This document shows, in pieces, positions 37,093 through 47,201 of a DNA stretch of 64,000 nt. The position numbers and the translations under genes were made by a program. This DNA comes from Treponemataceae bacterium (GTDB taxonomy: Bacteria > Spirochaetota > Spirochaetia > Treponematales > Rectinemataceae), in the NCBI GenBank assembly GCA_963678065.2, contig CAXXVZ010000003.1:288001-352000 (forward strand), given 5' to 3'. Numbering within the stretch: the first letter of the stretch is position 1; each line of letters opens with the position of its first letter. The notes beneath the pieces are model-generated. The model saw only the letters and a list, made by a program, of their open reading frames with translations. It ran no database searches and was not told where the DNA came from.

Positions 37093-38121
37093 ATGTCAGA
37101 CAAACCCTTGCCCGGCCAGGTCCCTCCAAGGCGGAAAACATCTGCGGCGGATACTGAAGTGGCAAGGCGAGTCGACGAGGAGTTCATTCCCGAAAGCGAT
37201 ACTCTGGCTGTGTATCTGAAACAGATATCGCGCTTCCCTCTTCTCGGCCAGGATGAGGAGAAAAGAATCGGGGAAATGATGAAAGCCGCCCGTTCGGCGA
37301 TCGAAGAGTACGATAGGCTCCACGCGCAACCACGCGCGGAAGAAGAGGGTCAGGAAATCCAGGAGGACAGCGAGCGGAAGAAGCTCACGGATCATTTCCT
37401 CGAAATCAAGAACCGGATGGTGTCCTCAAACTTACGACTCGTCGTCTCGATAGCCAAGAATTACCAGCACAGGGGATTGTCCCTTCTCGATCTGATCGAC
37501 GAAGGCAATATCGGTCTCATCGAGGCAGTCGAACGGTTCGACTACAACAGAGGCTGCAGGTTCTCCACCTATGGGACCTGGTGGATCAGGCAGGCCATCA
37601 TCAAGAGTCTGGCGGACAAGGGCAGAGTCATCCGCATCCCCATCCACATGCTCAATACAATCAAAAAGTGTTATTTCATGGCCAAACAGCTCACTCAGGA
37701 CTTAGGACGCGATCCGAGACCCGAGGAACTCGCCGAGAAACTCGGCATCGACGCCTCGCGGGTCAAGGAGATCATGAAGCTCTCCGACGAGCCCGCGAGC
37801 CTCGATTCGACGGTGGACGACGACAATGTGACGCATCTCTCCGATCTGATAAGCACAAGTGGTTTCTCGGAACCCTTCGAGGAGGTCTTTTCGGCGACTC
37901 TGCAGGAGACGATCCGGAATGTCCTCACGAACCTCTCGACCCGCGAGATGAAGATTATCCAGCTGCGCTTCGGACTCGGAGGCGAGGGGCCGCGTACCCT
38001 TGAAGAGACTGGAAAACTGCTCGGCATCACGCGGGAACGCGTGAGACAGATCCAGGAAAAGGCCCTCGCCAAACTGAAACTCATCCCAGAGCTCTCCGAC
38101 TTCCACGACGACGGGATCTGA
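37093..38121 (+). CDS. RpoS-like group 2 sigma70 factor
   Basis: Region 1.2 [42 protein letters not shown]; no region 1.1. Confidence 0.88.
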   Translation: MSDKPLPGQVPPRRKTSAADTEVARRVDEEFIPESDTLAVYLKQISRFPLLGQDEEKRIGEMMKAARSAIEEYDRLHAQPRAEEEGQEIQEDSERKKLTDHFLEIKNRMVSSNLRLVVSIAKNYQHRGLSLLDLIDEGNIGLIEAVERFDYNRGCRFSTYGTWWIRQAIIKSLADKGRVIRIPIHMLNTIKKCYFMAKQLTQDLGRDPRPEELAEKLGIDASRVKEIMKLSDEPASLDSTVDDDNVTHLSDLISTSGFSEPFEEVFSATLQETIRNVLTNLSTREMKIIQLRFGLGGEGPRTLEETGKLLGITRERVRQIQEKALAKLKLIPELSDFHDDGI

Positions 38122-38176
38122 GTTTCCCTCATTCATCATTCAGCCCATCCCTCATTGAACTCGGCCGGTATCCGAC

Positions 38177-38215
38177 AAAAAAGAAAGGCCGCGCGTGTGC
38201 AACGCGCGGCCTTTC
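38177..38215. terminator. Terminator between convergent sigma and ankyrin genes
   Basis: Perfect 14-bp stem gaaaggccgcgcgt/acgcgcggcctttc with an A-tract (U-tract on minus strand). Confidence 0.85.
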
Positions 38216-38232
38216 CGGTCTGGAAGGGTGAC

Positions 38233-41043
38233 CTATTTTACCGCGAGAATTTCCGCGAGCGCGCGATTTTCGCGCTTTACCGCCAGTCCGGCGGCTGTCT
38301 CGCCGGCGATATTCTTCTGCGAGGGGTCGGCCCCCAGTTCGAGAAGAACCTTGGCCGCTTCGGTGTTTCCGGCCATGGCGGCGTAGTGAAGAAGGCTGTT
38401 CCCGAGGGAGTCGCTGATTTTGATGCCCGGTCCATCTTTGGTTTTGCCGGCCGCCGTCACGATCATCCTGATAGCGTCCGGACCCATGCCGATGGCTATC
38501 GCCGCCGGACTCACGTTTTCCGCGTTGGGTGCAAACAGATCCGACCCGGCCTGTATGAGTCTGACAGCCGAGGTCAGGTCCTTCCGTTTGAGTGCGGCGT
38601 AGAGAGGAGTCTCCGAATGCCGGTCGCGGATATCGGTCAGGGCTCCTGCGGCGAGGGCTGTTTCGATGTGTTCGACGGACATTCCGTAGTCCACAATGAC
38701 TCGCAGCGCCGTTTTTCCCTCGGAATCGGTTCTGTTGGCGCTGGCGGGGCTCAGAAGTTCGCGCAGTTGCGCCGTTCCCTTGCGGAAGGACTCGGTGAGC
38801 GGAGATTCTCCCGCTCCATTGCGGGCAAAGATGTCCGCACCGGCAGCGACGAATATTCTGAGGAGTTCGAGGTTGCCGGATTCGACGGAGATGTATAGCG
38901 GAGTCTTGCCCGAAAGATCCCGGGCGTCGATCTCGGCTTTGGCCGCCAGAAGGGTCTTGGCAAGTTCTCCCGCCGAGCCGGAAGCCGCCACGGAGAGGGG
39001 AGTCTGGCCGCGCGAGTCGCGTGGATCGATCGACGCCCCGTGATCGAGAAGGTAACGGAGGGCCGCACCGTTGCGCTTGCGGACAGCCTGGTGCAGGGGG
39101 GTCTCTCCTGCGAAGTTTCTGATATCTGGATTGGCTCCGGCGAGGATGAGGACCTTCATGCACTCGTCCGAGTTCCAGAGCACGGAGGTGTTGAGGGGAG
39201 CGTCGCCCATAGAGTCGCGGTCCGTGGTCTTCGCTCCGAGCGAGAGGAGAACGCGGGCGGCCTCGGCTCCGTCGACGCGGACTGCGGAGTGGAGGGGGGT
39301 CTCGTTGGCGCCGTTGATGGCGGAGAGGAGTTTCGGCTCCTTGCCCGCGAGAAAGAGGATGCCGGCGCTGAGGTTGCGGCGGGCGGCGTAGTGGAGGGGA
39401 CTGTCTCCGTTGGCGTCGCGGGACGCGAGGATGGCGGGAGTGAAGAGCCACTCGAGGGGACCGTCTTTGTGCTCGAGCCCGAGTATGAGGGGCGATTCGC
39501 CGCGAGTATTCATGCTGAAGATATCCGCTTTCGCGCCGAGGAGTATGCTGCCCTGGGACTCGAGGTTGCGCCGGACCGCGACATGCAGCGCCGTGTCGCC
39601 TGAGTTGTTCCGGAGGTTCGGATCGGCGCCTTTGGAGAGGAGGAGGGAGATGACCTCATCCGAGCCTTCGAGGCCGACGGCGGTGGCCAACACTCCGTTC
39701 CCGAGGTTGTCGCGTTGGGCGACGTTGGTCTTGGTGACGACCGCATCCACAGCCTGTGTTCCCGACGCCACGGCGAGGGAGAGCGCGCTCTCCTGCTTCA
39801 GGTTCTGGAGGAAAAGGTCGGCTCCGTTTTCTATGAGGGGAGGGGCAAACTCGAGGTGTCCCGAGCGGACGGCGAGGATGAGGGGCGTATCGCCCGCGGA
39901 ATTCGCGGAGTTGGCGCTCGCGCCGGCAGCCACGAGGGTGCTGAGGATCTCCGTGGGGTATCCGTTCTGGACGGCGATGTGGAGGGGAGTGTTTCCTCCG
40001 TTGTCCTTGAGTGTCGGGTCGGCCTTGTATTTGAGGAGGAGTTTCGTTCCCGAAAGCATGATCGCCTCCGGCATGGCTATGTGGAGAGGCGTTCCGTTCT
40101 CGGCGTTCCTGACGTTGGGATCTGCGCCGCCTGCGAGAAGGAGCCCCGCACCTTCGAGCCACCCCATCTTGATCGCCTCATGGAGGGGGGCATTCCCCAG
40201 CCGATTGCGCACATTGAGCGCGACCCGCCGGTCGAGGAGGAATATGACGAAGCCCTTCTGTTTCCGCATTACGGCTTCGTGGAGCGGCGTATTGTCGTCC
40301 TCGTACCTGACCGAGCTGTAGTCCATCGCGCGCACGGCCTTCACGAACCAGGCGAATTCGGGGAAGCTCTGGTTGGCTCCGCGCTGGATGAGTCTCTCGG
40401 CGATGTTGGCGGCTTCAACCCTGTCGGGATAGAGGAGGACGAGATCGAGAGGAGTCCTTCCCGCCTTGTCGCGGATCTGAGCCTGAGCTCCGAGGTCGAG
40501 AAGTTTGTAGACGACATCCTTGAGAAGCCTGTCGGCCGCGATGTGGAGCCCCGTGCGGCCATCGATGCCGCTCGCGTTGATGTTTTTGGGGGTAAACACC
40601 GCGGGTATCATGTCACCGCCGGCCATGAGCACGGCCTCGGCAGCTGTGGCTCCCGAAGCGTCGGCGAGGAAGGGGTTCGCTCCCCTCTCGACGAGCAGCT
40701 TGACCGTGTCGACGAGTCCCCTGTCGACGGCGTACCTGAGAGGCGTCTTGCCCGCCGGGTCCTGGACATCGACTTTGGCTCCGAGGACGATGAGGATTTC
40801 GACAATCTGGGTATTGCCCCTTGTGACGGCGTAATGGAGGGGATAGAGGCCCTGACTGTCCTTCTGGTTGAGCTGTTCCTGATTGGAGTAGAATTTTTTT
40901 ATTCCCTCGAGATCGCCTCGCATGACGTAGTCGGTCAGGGATTGGGCGGTGGTCGCCGGTGTGCTGGTGCAGGAAGCCAGACCGGCGAGGGCGATGATGG
41001 CGGCACATGTGGCTGGCAGTATTCGTTTGTGGATGCGCTTCAT
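38233..41043 (-). CDS. Large ankyrin-repeat lipoprotein
   Basis: Lipobox LAS-C; >20 GxTPLH-type ankyrin repeats. Confidence 0.92.
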   Translation of the reverse strand: MKRIHKRILPATCAAIIALAGLASCTSTPATTAQSLTDYVMRGDLEGIKKFYSNQEQLNQKDSQGLYPLHYAVTRGNTQIVEILIVLGAKVDVQDPAGKTPLRYAVDRGLVDTVKLLVERGANPFLADASGATAAEAVLMAGGDMIPAVFTPKNINASGIDGRTGLHIAADRLLKDVVYKLLDLGAQAQIRDKAGRTPLDLVLLYPDRVEAANIAERLIQRGANQSFPEFAWFVKAVRAMDYSSVRYEDDNTPLHEAVMRKQKGFVIFLLDRRVALNVRNRLGNAPLHEAIKMGWLEGAGLLLAGGADPNVRNAENGTPLHIAMPEAIMLSGTKLLLKYKADPTLKDNGGNTPLHIAVQNGYPTEILSTLVAAGASANSANSAGDTPLILAVRSGHLEFAPPLIENGADLFLQNLKQESALSLAVASGTQAVDAVVTKTNVAQRDNLGNGVLATAVGLEGSDEVISLLLSKGADPNLRNNSGDTALHVAVRRNLESQGSILLGAKADIFSMNTRGESPLILGLEHKDGPLEWLFTPAILASRDANGDSPLHYAARRNLSAGILFLAGKEPKLLSAINGANETPLHSAVRVDGAEAARVLLSLGAKTTDRDSMGDAPLNTSVLWNSDECMKVLILAGANPDIRNFAGETPLHQAVRKRNGAALRYLLDHGASIDPRDSRGQTPLSVAASGSAGELAKTLLAAKAEIDARDLSGKTPLYISVESGNLELLRIFVAAGADIFARNGAGESPLTESFRKGTAQLRELLSPASANRTDSEGKTALRVIVDYGMSVEHIETALAAGALTDIRDRHSETPLYAALKRKDLTSAVRLIQAGSDLFAPNAENVSPAAIAIGMGPDAIRMIVTAAGKTKDGPGIKISDSLGNSLLHYAAMAGNTEAAKVLLELGADPSQKNIAGETAAGLAVKRENRALAEILAVK

Positions 41044-41193
41044 TGCGGAAGACTCCTTGGCGCTAGGCGGTATGTCCTTCCCATTATCGGCCTGAAACCG
41101 AGTCCGGCAAAGGACACTACACTATATATATCACGGTTTGTGACCTTCCGGTATGCGTGTTCACGATGTCTTCAAAGGGAGCCGACGTACGGG

Positions 41194-43014
41194 CTATGTA
41201 TTGAAGAGTTCCTCGGGGATTTCGACGAGCATGTGGCGGAAATCCGCGTAGATGCTCATGAGGTCGTAAACTCTGTCGAAGGGCATGGTTTCCTTGTCGA
41301 AGGCGACGAAGGGCAGCTGCTCCGCGAGTCTGTCGGCGTTGAATCCGGCTTTTCCGGAGAGGACGAGGAGGGTCTCGAGATCCTGAGCCTCTTCCATGGC
41401 GCGGTAGGCGAGGGAGGGGTTGCGGGTTGCGAAGAAGAGTCTTGTCTGGTATCCGGGCTGGGGATCGAGCGAGAAAAAGTGTGAGAGTTCGTAGTAGTGG
41501 TCCGCGAAGGTGAAGGCGTCCCTGACTCGGGAGGAGAGTTTTTCCGAGGGTATTCTTGTGTCCGAGAACAGGACGATCTGATAGAGCGTGAAGGGATTGT
41601 CCCTCCTGAGATCCTTTGCGGTGCGCACAAGCCTCGCGAGGGTTTCGGGATCGTCGGCGTCGGCCAGGATGGTGACCGAATTGGCGAGGTGCGAAGGATT
41701 GAGGCGCATCCAGTCGATGTTCTCTCCCTTGCGCGCGTCGATGAAGGCGTGAAAACCATGTTCTTCCGGCTTGAAGTGGGGCGCTGGCGGAGAGGCCCAC
41801 TCGACGTCGAAGCTTTCCTCGAAGGCCGCCACCGCGTCGGCCATGTCGTCCTGGGATATCCAGTCGGTGCTCGTTACCCAGTAGGGCGGCTTCTCCATGC
41901 GCGCCATGCCCCAGTCGTCGGCCTTGGCCCTCACATCGGTGCCGGGAAGGAGAGAGAGGGGGTAGAGCTCGGCTTCCTGTCCGAGACCGTGCATACCCAG
42001 GAAATCAAAGGTCTCGATGACGTTTTCGTAGGCGTCAAAGGGCAGGCCGAGTATGAGGCCGGTTTTGACAACGATGCGGTTGCGGTCCATTATTTCCGCG
42101 CCACGCTCGAAAGCGGCCCGTTCCCACCCGCGGTTTACAGCCTTGAGGGCTGCGGGATTCACGCTCTGCAACCCCACTTCGGCAGATATCAGCCCTGCTG
42201 CGGAGTACAGCCTCCCGGTCTCCTCCGTGACGGATTCGAGTCGGAGTTCGGCGTGGATGGCAAGCCCTGCGCTGTTGGCCCGGGCGAGGGCGACGAGTCT
42301 GTCGGCGAGGCCTTCCGTGGCCTGGAATGAAGGATCCATGAGGTAGAGTTCTCGCGCGCCCGCGAGACCCGCCATCTCCGTGACTTTCGTCGCGACATCG
42401 GGCGGAAATCTTCTGAGATCTCCGTAATTCTTTCCATAATAGCAATATCCGCATTTCGCGGGACAGCCGCGCATGGTTTCGAGGTGAACCGGCCTGTCGG
42501 ACAGAATGGGCAGCGTGCCAGCGAGATAAGGGTTCGGAAGCGTCGCGAGATCGAGGAGCTGTGTGGCCCGGTAGAGCCGCGAGAGGGGAAGATGGCGCCT
42601 GACATCCTCGAGGATCTGGACGAAGGACAATTCGCCTTCTCCCTCGACGAGGCTGTGGAAGGGCGAGCGATCCGTGATGGGCATGCCCTTGACGACCTCG
42701 GGCCCCCCGCCGATGAAACGAGTGCGGGGACAGAGGGCAGAGGCGCGGGCGACGATGTACTGGCTGCGCTCCAGGTTCCATGCATAAAGGCTGAAGCAGC
42801 AGAGTTCGGCTTCCTCGTGGACAATAGCCTCGATGATTGCGGTGTCGGAGCCGTAGTCCATTATGGAGGAGTCGAGAATCCTCCATTCGTCGCGGGCGAG
42901 CTGCCCCTTGGATTCAGCGTAGGCGGCCAAGTATCCAGCGGCGAGAGGAATGTTCGCGTGTCCCGAATCCCAGCCCGGTTCCTGAACCGGCAACTGTACG
43001 AATAGTAGTTTCAT
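41194..43014 (-). CDS. Cobalamin-dependent radical SAM protein
   Basis: B12-binding N-terminus (PLAAGYLAA, FSLYAWN, GGPEV, VEGEGE); RGCPAKCGYC; C-terminal extension. Confidence 0.88.
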   Translation of the reverse strand: MKLLFVQLPVQEPGWDSGHANIPLAAGYLAAYAESKGQLARDEWRILDSSIMDYGSDTAIIEAIVHEEAELCCFSLYAWNLERSQYIVARASALCPRTRFIGGGPEVVKGMPITDRSPFHSLVEGEGELSFVQILEDVRRHLPLSRLYRATQLLDLATLPNPYLAGTLPILSDRPVHLETMRGCPAKCGYCYYGKNYGDLRRFPPDVATKVTEMAGLAGARELYLMDPSFQATEGLADRLVALARANSAGLAIHAELRLESVTEETGRLYSAAGLISAEVGLQSVNPAALKAVNRGWERAAFERGAEIMDRNRIVVKTGLILGLPFDAYENVIETFDFLGMHGLGQEAELYPLSLLPGTDVRAKADDWGMARMEKPPYWVTSTDWISQDDMADAVAAFEESFDVEWASPPAPHFKPEEHGFHAFIDARKGENIDWMRLNPSHLANSVTILADADDPETLARLVRTAKDLRRDNPFTLYQIVLFSDTRIPSEKLSSRVRDAFTFADHYYELSHFFSLDPQPGYQTRLFFATRNPSLAYRAMEEAQDLETLLVLSGKAGFNADRLAEQLPFVAFDKETMPFDRVYDLMSIYADFRHMLVEIPEELFNT

Positions 43015-43799
43015 TGTCTGCCCGAACTCTTCGCGTGGAGGATGGTGTCGTATGCCGCCGACGACGGATAGCCATCAAACATTGTGTTCCAGTTTCCTTT
43101 TCGGGTGGGCTTCGCGAGACACCCGGCGAGGAGCTCGAGGTAGCGCCACCTCGGTATTTCCTCGGCGCCAAGGCCTGCAAGGTGGGCAGTATACACTTGA
43201 GAGTCGATGAGGGGAAAGCCCTCATCGCGCAGGCGGAATACCAGGGGAACGAACGCGGCCTTGGAGGCGTCGCTCTCGACGCTGAACATCGATTCTCCGA
43301 AAAAGATCGAGCCGAGACTCAGGCCGTAAAGGCCCCCGACGAGTTCGCCGTCGATCCATGTCTCCGCGGAATGGGCATAGCCGAGTCTGTGGAGCTCCTC
43401 GTAGGCATCGATCATGCCGGAGGTGATCCAGGTTCCGTTCTGCCCCGGACGGGGGCTCGCCGAGCAGGCGCGGATCACTTGAGGAAACGCCCTGTCGAGG
43501 CTCGTGCTGAACTTTCCTCCACGGAGGAGCTTTCTCATGGTTCCGGAGACGTGCAACTTTTCTGTGAAGAGCACGAACCGGGGATCGGGGCTCCACCACA
43601 GGATCGGATCCCCCTCGGAAAACCAGGGAAATATCCCGCTACGGTAGGCCGAGAGAAGCATGCCGGGCGACAGGTTCCCTCCCGTGCACACGATGCCCGC
43701 CGGATCAGCCCCCTCGGCCGGAGGAAATGGAAAATCCACCTCCTCCGGGAGCCAGGGGAAACTGTCTTTCCTCCGCGCCGTTCTGCGCGCCATGGTCAT
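43011..43799 (-). CDS. aat: Leucyl/phenylalanyl-tRNA--protein transferase
   Basis: AYRSGIFPW, WWSPDPR, LVGGLYG, FFGESMFS and DASK motifs. Confidence 0.95.
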   Translation of the reverse strand: MTMARRTARRKDSFPWLPEEVDFPFPPAEGADPAGIVCTGGNLSPGMLLSAYRSGIFPWFSEGDPILWWSPDPRFVLFTEKLHVSGTMRKLLRGGKFSTSLDRAFPQVIRACSASPRPGQNGTWITSGMIDAYEELHRLGYAHSAETWIDGELVGGLYGLSLGSIFFGESMFSVESDASKAAFVPLVFRLRDEGFPLIDSQVYTAHLAGLGAEEIPRWRYLELLAGCLAKPTRKGNWNTMFDGYPSSAAYDTILHAKSSGRQ

Positions 43800-46249
43800 T
43801 CTTTCCGGGATTCTGACGTACTCTGTTCGGCCTGTTCCGGCTCTGTTTCCGGCGCGGACGAAACGGCCGTATCCACGAAGCCGGAAGGGCTGAAGTCTTT
43901 GTCGGGTTCTCCCGAGGGTTTTTCTCCGGAGGAGAGCTTCCCGGAGGGGAGGGAGGAGTCGGTGGGCTGGGAGCAGGTCCCGATCGAGATGACCACCTCT
44001 CCGTTCACGATATCCGCGCAGGCGGCTCCACCGGCTTCCAGCCTGCCGAAGAGGACCTCGTCCACGAAGAAGGTCTTGATCTTGTCTTCGACGAGTCGTC
44101 CGACGTTGCGGGCACCGAACTCCTTGGAGTATCCTTTTTCGGCGAGCCAGGCGACAAGGGCCGGTGTGACCTCGAGGCTGACCTTCTTCTCGGTCAGCTG
44201 TACCCGGAAGTCGTCGATTGCCTTGACGACAATTTTTTCGATGATGTTCTGCGGCAGATTTTCGAACTTGACGACGGCGTCCAGGCGGTTGCGGAATTCG
44301 GGCGTGAAAGCGCGCTCCACGGCATCTCCGAGCGCCGAATCGGTCACCGTGCGCTCGCCGAAGCCGATGAGGTTCTTGCCGATCTCGCGGGCGCCCGCGT
44401 TGCTCGTCATGATGAGGATTACGTTGCGGAAATCCGCCTTCCTGCCCTGGTTGTCGGTCAGCGTCGCGTAGTCCATGATCTGCAGGAGGATGTTGTAGAC
44501 GTCCGGGTGGGCCTTCTCGATCTCGTCGAGGAGGACGACGGCGTGGGGTGTCTTGCGGATGGCGTCCGTGAGGAGTCCGCCCTCCTCGTAGCCGACATAG
44601 CCGGGAGGCGAGCCTATGAGGCGACTCACGGTGTGCTTTTCCTGGTACTCGCTCATGTCGAAGCGGTGGAGGGCGATCCCGAGTTGCTTCGCGAGCTGGC
44701 GGGCAAGTTCGGTCTTGCCGACGCCGGTGGGGCCGACGAAGAGGAAGTTGGCCACGGGCTTGTCGGGCGAGCGGAATCCCGCCCTCGATCGCTTGACCGC
44801 CCTGACTACGGCGTCGATGGCCTTGTCCTGGCCGAAGACTTCGCCTCTGAGGGAGGCTTCCAAGCCGGCAAGTTTGTCCTTCTCGGAGGAGGTCACGGAG
44901 CGTTCGGGAATGCGGGCGATTTTTGCCACGACGGTCTCGATCTCCTTCGTGCTGATATCGATGACGGCCTCCTCGGCCTCTGCTCCTGACTTGTAGGCGT
45001 TCATGCGGGCACGGGCGCCTGCCTCGTCCACGACATCGATGGCCTTGTCGGGTAGGTGGCGCTCCGTGATGAACTGGGATGCGAGACGGACGGCGAGCTC
45101 GAGCGCCTCGTCCGAGTAGCGTACCTTGTGGTATTCCTCGTACTTGGACCGGAGACCCTTGAGTATCTCGACTGCCTCGCTCTGGCTCGGCTCGACGATG
45201 TCGATCTTCTGGAAACGTCGGGAAAGGGCGCGGTCCTTCTCGAAGTATTTGTTGTACTCGTCGTAGGTGGTGGAGCCGATGCAGCGGAGTTTGCCCGAGG
45301 TGAGGGCGGGCTTGAGGAGGTTCGAGGCGTCCATCGAACCTCCGGAAACGGCGCCGGCGCCAACGATCGTGTGAATTTCGTCGATGAAGAGGATGGACTT
45401 GTCCTTCTTGAGGAGCTCGTCCACGACTTTTTTGATTCGCTCCTCGAAGTCGCCGCGGAACTTGGTTCCTGCGAGGAGAGCGCCCATATCGAGCCCGTAG
45501 ATGGTGTAGTCGCGCAGGCGGGGAGGTACGGTGCCCGCGACGATGCGCTGGGCGAGCCCTTCAGTGATGGCTGTCTTCCCGACGCCGGCATCGCCGACGT
45601 GGATGGGATTGTTCTTGAGCCTGCGACAGAGAACCTGAACGGTGCGCTCGATCTCGCTGTCCCGGCCGATGACGGGCTCGAGCTTGCCCTCGCGGGCCAG
45701 CTTGGTGAGATCCGTGGTAAAGCGCTCGAGGGGATTACCTCGCGGAGCGGCGCGCGGCCTGCGCTCCTCTCGTTCCTCGCCCTCTTCTTCGTCTTCCTCG
45801 TCCTCTTCGTCCTCGCCGGACTCCACGACATCCTCTCCGTGGGCGATGATCTCGAGGAGCTGGAGGCGTTTGACGCCGAGCTTGCGGAGATAGTAACCGG
45901 AGTAGGTCCTCTCCTCGTCGTAGATCGAAACGAGGAGGTCCGAAACCTCGACTTCGTCCTTTCCCGCGGACTGGGACTGGAGGACAGCGCGCTCGATCAC
46001 GCCCTGGAATCCGGCCGTCTGCACGGGCTCCGCGTTCTTGATCTGGGGTATTTTCTGCTCGAAATATGCCTCGATGCCGCGGCGCAGCTGGTCGATGTCA
46101 GCCTCGCAGGCTTCGAGAATGCTGCGCACCTGCTCGAAGGAGATGGATGCGTAGAGTATGTGCTCGGGGGTGAGGTATTCGTGATTGCGAAGCTTGGCTT
46201 CGTTGTACGCGGCATTGAATATCGCCTGAACTTCCTGGCTGACTTTCAT
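43796..46249 (-). CDS. clpA: ATP-dependent Clp protease ATP-binding subunit ClpA
   Basis: Two Walker A (GDAGVGKT, GPTGVGKT), RFDMSEY, IGF loop; follows clpS. Confidence 0.95.
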   Translation of the reverse strand: MKVSQEVQAIFNAAYNEAKLRNHEYLTPEHILYASISFEQVRSILEACEADIDQLRRGIEAYFEQKIPQIKNAEPVQTAGFQGVIERAVLQSQSAGKDEVEVSDLLVSIYDEERTYSGYYLRKLGVKRLQLLEIIAHGEDVVESGEDEEDEEDEEEGEEREERRPRAAPRGNPLERFTTDLTKLAREGKLEPVIGRDSEIERTVQVLCRRLKNNPIHVGDAGVGKTAITEGLAQRIVAGTVPPRLRDYTIYGLDMGALLAGTKFRGDFEERIKKVVDELLKKDKSILFIDEIHTIVGAGAVSGGSMDASNLLKPALTSGKLRCIGSTTYDEYNKYFEKDRALSRRFQKIDIVEPSQSEAVEILKGLRSKYEEYHKVRYSDEALELAVRLASQFITERHLPDKAIDVVDEAGARARMNAYKSGAEAEEAVIDISTKEIETVVAKIARIPERSVTSSEKDKLAGLEASLRGEVFGQDKAIDAVVRAVKRSRAGFRSPDKPVANFLFVGPTGVGKTELARQLAKQLGIALHRFDMSEYQEKHTVSRLIGSPPGYVGYEEGGLLTDAIRKTPHAVVLLDEIEKAHPDVYNILLQIMDYATLTDNQGRKADFRNVILIMTSNAGAREIGKNLIGFGERTVTDSALGDAVERAFTPEFRNRLDAVVKFENLPQNIIEKIVVKAIDDFRVQLTEKKVSLEVTPALVAWLAEKGYSKEFGARNVGRLVEDKIKTFFVDEVLFGRLEAGGAACADIVNGEVVISIGTCSQPTDSSLPSGKLSSGEKPSGEPDKDFSPSGFVDTAVSSAPETEPEQAEQSTSESRKE

Positions 46250-46252
46250 GTT

Positions 46253-46564
46253 TTAAGCCTTCTCCATGGTGCACTTCAGCGGAAAACCGTTCTGCCGCGC
46301 GAGCTGGTGCACTTGGTTTATTTTCGTCACGGCAATGTCGTACCCGTAGATTCCGACCGTCGCTCTTCCTTTCTTGTGTACGTCGAGCATGAGTCGCGTC
46401 GCTTCGGGTATGCTCTTGTGAAAGACCGTCATGAGGACCGAGACGACGAACTCCATGGTGGTAAAATCGTCGTTGAGGAGAAGAACCCGGTACTCTTCGG
46501 GTTCTTTGGCCTCCTCACGATGCTTTTCTATCGTCGCGGTGCCGGAATTTACATCAGTTTCCAT
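46253..46564 (-). CDS. clpS: Clp protease adaptor ClpS
   Basis: YRVLLLNDDFTTMEFV..MLDVHKKG..FPLKCTME. Confidence 0.95.
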   Translation of the reverse strand: METDVNSGTATIEKHREEAKEPEEYRVLLLNDDFTTMEFVVSVLMTVFHKSIPEATRLMLDVHKKGRATVGIYGYDIAVTKINQVHQLARQNGFPLKCTMEKA

Positions 46565-46707
46565 CGTTGTGCTTATAACATACCCATGCGCGATATGTAA
46601 AACAAGTACGGCTGGATCCGCGCCGGAAGGACAGGCAGATGTGTGTCGGGGAATTCCCTATCACGACCCGCCGGCCCCGAGTGGGCCAAAGAGGCTTTGA
46701 GCCGCGC

Positions 46708-46736
46708 TTGACAGAAGTTTTTACTGTACTGATAAT
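46708..46736 (+). promoter_or_regulatory. sigma70 promoter for the T-box/thrS leader
   Basis: TTGACA-17-GATAAT. Confidence 0.8.
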
Positions 46737-46744
46737 GTCTATAC

Positions 46745-47201
46745 AGGCTGAGAAGGAGACGAGTACTCCGAGGCGCCGCCTACAGAGAGGGACCCCATTG
46801 TCCGCAGATGCAGGAATCTGTCCTGCCCGCTGCTGGCGCTGGCTGAGAGGGTCCCGGCGAGCGGACGGACGAAGACCACTCCGGAGCCGTCCGGGTGAAA
46901 CCCTGCGTGTAGTGGAGCTTCCTTTATCGATGGGGAGCTTCGTTGCATCGGAGTATGTGATCGGGCTGTCGCAGCGGATCACATACCGTGGCAGTAAACC
47001 GGACCGTAACGCGAGCGAGGCCGCAGGCTAAAGTTCGCGGGCCCCCGTCACAGGGCGAAGAGCGCGGTTTCCATCGCGGAAACCGAAGTAAGGTGGTACC
47101 GCGGGTTTGACTCGGGGCCCGTCGGGCCCCCGTCGGATTCGTCCTTACGTGAAGGGTGTCCTTCCGTCCGGATGTTTCCTGCGGGGGCCCCTCTCATTTT
47201 T
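46745..47201 (+). ncRNA. T-box riboswitch (Thr, specifier ACC)
   Basis: Stem I GA/AGUA motifs, AGAGA box 46784-88, GGCUGAGA 46841-48, specifier GAAG-ACC-A 46871-78. Stem II S-turn. Stem III 47065-85. T-box AAGUAAGGUGGUACCGCG 47086-47103 pairing with CGUCCUUAC 47140-48. Confidence 0.93.
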
